From NCBI RefSeq assembly GCF_021730395.1, contig NC_069369.1, forward strand, positions 29,805,250 to 29,869,249: 64,000 bases of DNA. Direction: 5' to 3'. The position numbers were made by a program, and so were the translations under genes. Below the pieces are notes generated by a model. It ran no database searches and was not told the DNA's origin. It saw nothing but the letters and a program-made list of their open reading frames with translations. The DNA comes from Mercenaria mercenaria. Lineage: Eukaryota. Numbering within the stretch: position 1 is the stretch's first letter; every line of letters begins with the position of its first letter. Below are positions 61,795 through 64,000 of the stretch, piece by piece.

Positions 61795-62140
61795 GACGGA
61801 TCACACTTGTCGCATGTGCGCCTCATGAGATCCAATCTGGCAAAATCCACTCAAGCCAAATACAGCATCCCAGATCGAGCTACTGCTATTTTATCGACCT
61901 GGTGAAAGTAACTTGAGTTTCAGGTAAACAGAAGGTCGTATGTAACTGAAGCAATGAAAAATGCACACTTGTCGCATGTGTGCCTCATGAGATCCAATCT
62001 GGCAAAATCCACTCAAGCCGAATACAGCATCCCAGATCGAGCTACTGCTATTTTATCGACCTGGTGAAAGTAACTTGAGTATCGGGTTAACAGAAGGTCG
62101 TATGTAACTGAAGCAATGAAAAATGCCAGGAGTCATTAAA
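61795..62140. repeat. Tandem duplication, 2 x ~175 bp, intronic
   Basis: cacacttgtcgcatgtg(c/t)gcctcatgagatccaatctggcaaaatccactcaagcc(a/g)aatacagcatcccagatcgagctactgctattttatcgacctggtgaaagtaacttgagt.tc.gg.taa.cagaaggtcgtatgtaactgaagcaatgaaaaatg occurs twice. Confidence 0.7.
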
Positions 62141-62356
62141 AAGAATTTGTTCATTATCTTTGGGGCAACCTCTGGTACCTGGTCAAAAATCTGTGGGAGA
62201 TGTGCATCTAACATGTTAAACCATCAATACTGACTACAACTGGGGAACCATAACTTACATTTGGGACCTCTCATACCAGTCTTTATTGTGGAAGATGAGC
62301 TGGTTCCATGTTATCTAAACCATCCATAAACAATTTAAGAAAGAACCACAGCTTAC

Positions 62357-62504
62357 CTTTGGGACAACCTCTGGTAACCAGTCTAGATTGTGTGGAAGAT
62401 GTGCTGGTTCCATGTTGTCTAAACCATCAATAAACACTACAAGAGGGGAACCACAGTAGGTTGCAGACTCCTGTAACATCTCTTCAAACTTAGCAACCAA
62501 GTTC
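62357..62504 (-). CDS. NACHT-WD40 exon (Walker B)
   Basis: Acceptor ctatttgcag|G. (K)NLVAKFEEMLQESATYCGSPLVVFIDGLDNMEPAHLPHNLDWLPEVVPK. Donor AAG|GTAAGC. The hhhhDGLD NACHT Walker B motif. Confidence 0.85.
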
Positions 62505-62556
62505 CTGCAAATAGTCAATGACAATTTTTATAGCACTAGCCTCTTAACAATATTAT

Positions 62557-62768
62557 TAACCTTTAGCCGCTAAATTTTTAAAATGGACTCATCCATCATT
62601 GAATTTGGGCAATACCATTTATTATTTAAAGGGGTGTTTACTGAAAATTTACTGACTGAATAGTGAGCAGGGCAGACCATGATCAAACTGCATGGATGTA
62701 CTGGCTGATCTTGGTCTGCACTGATCGCAAAGGCAGAATCACTTGCCGTCAACAGGCTAAGGTTTAAT
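62557..62768. mobile_element. MITE family B copy (subfamily 2)
   Basis: ttaacctttagccgctaaatttttaaaatggactcatccatcattgaatttgggcaataccatttattatttaaaggggtgtttactgaaaatttactgactgaatagtgagcagggcagaccatgatcaaactgcatggatgtactggctgatcttggtctgcactgatcgcaaaggcagaatcacttgccgtcaacaggctaaggtttaa. Confidence 0.7.
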
Positions 62769-63026
62769 TTATATATAATACTGTTTGTATCTGAAGTAAG
62801 TCTTTTTCCCCCAACAATTGCTTCAGTTGCACTTGCAAGACTATGTAAATATATACCATGCAGATTTTACTGGAGCTGGCAATGGGTCTGAACCCTTCCC
62901 TTCTGGATCCTCCAATGAATGCTAATAATACACTGGGACCAAAATTAGAACACTATTCTTTATCATGTCATTGAAATCAATTTAAGAAACATATGGTAAA
63001 CTTTTTTTAATAAGAAAGTAACATAC

Positions 63027-63202
63027 TTCATGTCTTCTGGTATTTCCAAATTGAGGCTGAATCTAGTGTTCAGTTCATGGCACAGTCGTTTCAGAGTTGC
63101 TACGATGTTTGTGGAGCCTGGCGCAGCACCAACAAAATGTGTAAGTATTGACAGACCACTGTCACACTTGGATGCTTGCTGGTAATCTGTTATCAAACTT
63201 GC
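63027..63202 (-). CDS. NACHT-WD40 exon (NACHT region)
   Basis: Acceptor ctacattgtag|GCA. ASLITDYQQASKCDSGLSILTHFVGAAPGSTNIVATLKRLCHELNTRFSLNLEIPEDMK. Donor GAA|GTATGT. Confidence 0.8.
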
Positions 63203-63378
63203 CTACAATGTAGATAACTCATACGTAGTTACCTTGTACTATTAAAGTAAAAATAGCATTAAAGCTTTTGAGCATTTCATAACATTGTACAAATTTAACA
63301 AATCATGTTTATGAAACTTTGACTTGTTTGGCAAATTACTGGAGACTGGGTATGTCTGGTTTCAGTTTTATTTCATGA

Positions 63379-63592
63379 TTTAACCCTTACCCTGCTAAAT
63401 TTCTATAATGAACTTGTCCATCTTTCAATTTGGACAGTACTATTTACTGTTAAAAGGGATGCATACCAAAAAGATACTGACTGAATGGCAAACAGTGCAG
63501 ATTTTTATTAGACTGCACAGATGCGCAGGCTGATCAAGATCTACACTGGTCGCAAAGGCAGAATCTATCGTGTCCAGCATGATAAGCGTTAA
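63379..63592. mobile_element. MITE family B copy
   Basis: ttaacccttaccctgctaaatttctataatgaacttgtccatctttcaatttggacagtactatttactgttaaaagggatgcataccaaaaagatactgactgaatggcaaacagtgcagatttttattagactgcacagatgcgcaggctgatcaagatctacactggtcgcaaaggcagaatctatcgtgtccagcatgataagcgttaa. Confidence 0.7.
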
Positions 63593-63882
63593 TCAATAAT
63601 TATATCTTTTTAAATAAAACTAATAGTTATAATCTCAAATTCACAACTTGCACTGTATTTGAAGATCTGTAGAGTGATTAGCAACACGAAAGTCATAATC
63701 TCAAAATTTTATTTGATTTTCAGTAAAATATATGGGTAAGCATTTGAGAAGGATTTCATATGTCAGCGTCATTAAATTTCAATACACATATACTTGCAAA
63801 ATTAAGTGCTAGCTACAAATCATTATTAACAGTAAAGCATTGAAATCAGAAAATTATGTTTAGTAAACACTATCTCTCTTAC

Positions 63883-64000
63883 CAGCAGAGCTGACTTTCC
63901 AGTGCCCGGTTTTCCAGCAAGGGCAATAACTCCTGATGACATGTCTGACATCATTTTCACACATTCCTTTCTCAGTTTGGAACGTCCAACAAAAACTTTC
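63883..64000 (-). CDS. NACHT-WD40 exon (Walker A / P-loop); the gene continues upstream beyond the window
   Basis: Minus-strand translation ...FVGRSKLRKECVKMMSDMSSGVIALAGKPGTGKSALL. Donor CTG|GTAAGA. The GxPGxGKS P-loop of a STAND/NACHT NTPase. Confidence 0.8.

Overview
This is eukaryotic (metazoan) nuclear DNA, not prokaryotic or phage. It is AT-rich and repeat-dense. Exons are short, bounded by GT/AG splice sites and phase-consistent across long introns. The introns are full of tRNA-derived SINEs, palindromic MITEs, LINE fragments and satellite arrays that end in a (GACN)n microsatellite plus a hairpin. That terminal architecture is the one described for bivalve Helentron/Helitron-N satDNA carriers, so a bivalve mollusc origin is likely. 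This is an inference, not a result.

Two convergent protein-coding genes account for most of the window:
- An SMYD5 orthologue lies on the + strand: 11 coding exons from 10118 to 29035 encoding about 394 aa. It has an N-SET GRGLFA motif, a MYND zinc finger with a long insert, the NHSCSPN core SET motif, a post-[13 protein letters not shown] motif and an acidic D/E tail, and it lacks the C-terminal TPR domain.
- A large NACHT-WD40 STAND NTPase gene (NWD1/TEP1-like) lies on the - strand. I mapped 32 phase-consistent exons from the window edge at 64000 down to the stop codon at 33509, encoding the C-terminal ~1425 aa. These include the Walker A motif GKPGTGKS, the Walker B motif LVVFIDGLD and roughly 14 WD repeats. 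The N-terminus lies beyond the window.

The observations most worth a second look:
- Three independent minisatellites begin exactly at the first intron base of a 5' splice site, so each array is a run of donor-like GTAxx motifs.
- At least eight satellite arrays end in the same (GACN)n-microsatellite-plus-hairpin terminus. These are Helentron-like satDNA carriers, almost all inside introns of the NACHT-WD gene.
- One WD-repeat exon of the NACHT-WD gene has been tandemly duplicated, leaving two in-frame paralogous exons plus decayed pseudo-exon copies.
- A ~225-bp perfect-palindrome MITE family is present in six copies, several within 30-90 bp of splice sites.
- A 40-bp perfect palindrome sits inside a foldback element at 60785-61270.

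The long ORFs in the six-frame track that lie inside minisatellites (17903-20475) are repeat artefacts. No CRISPR array, rRNA gene or bona fide tRNA gene was found.
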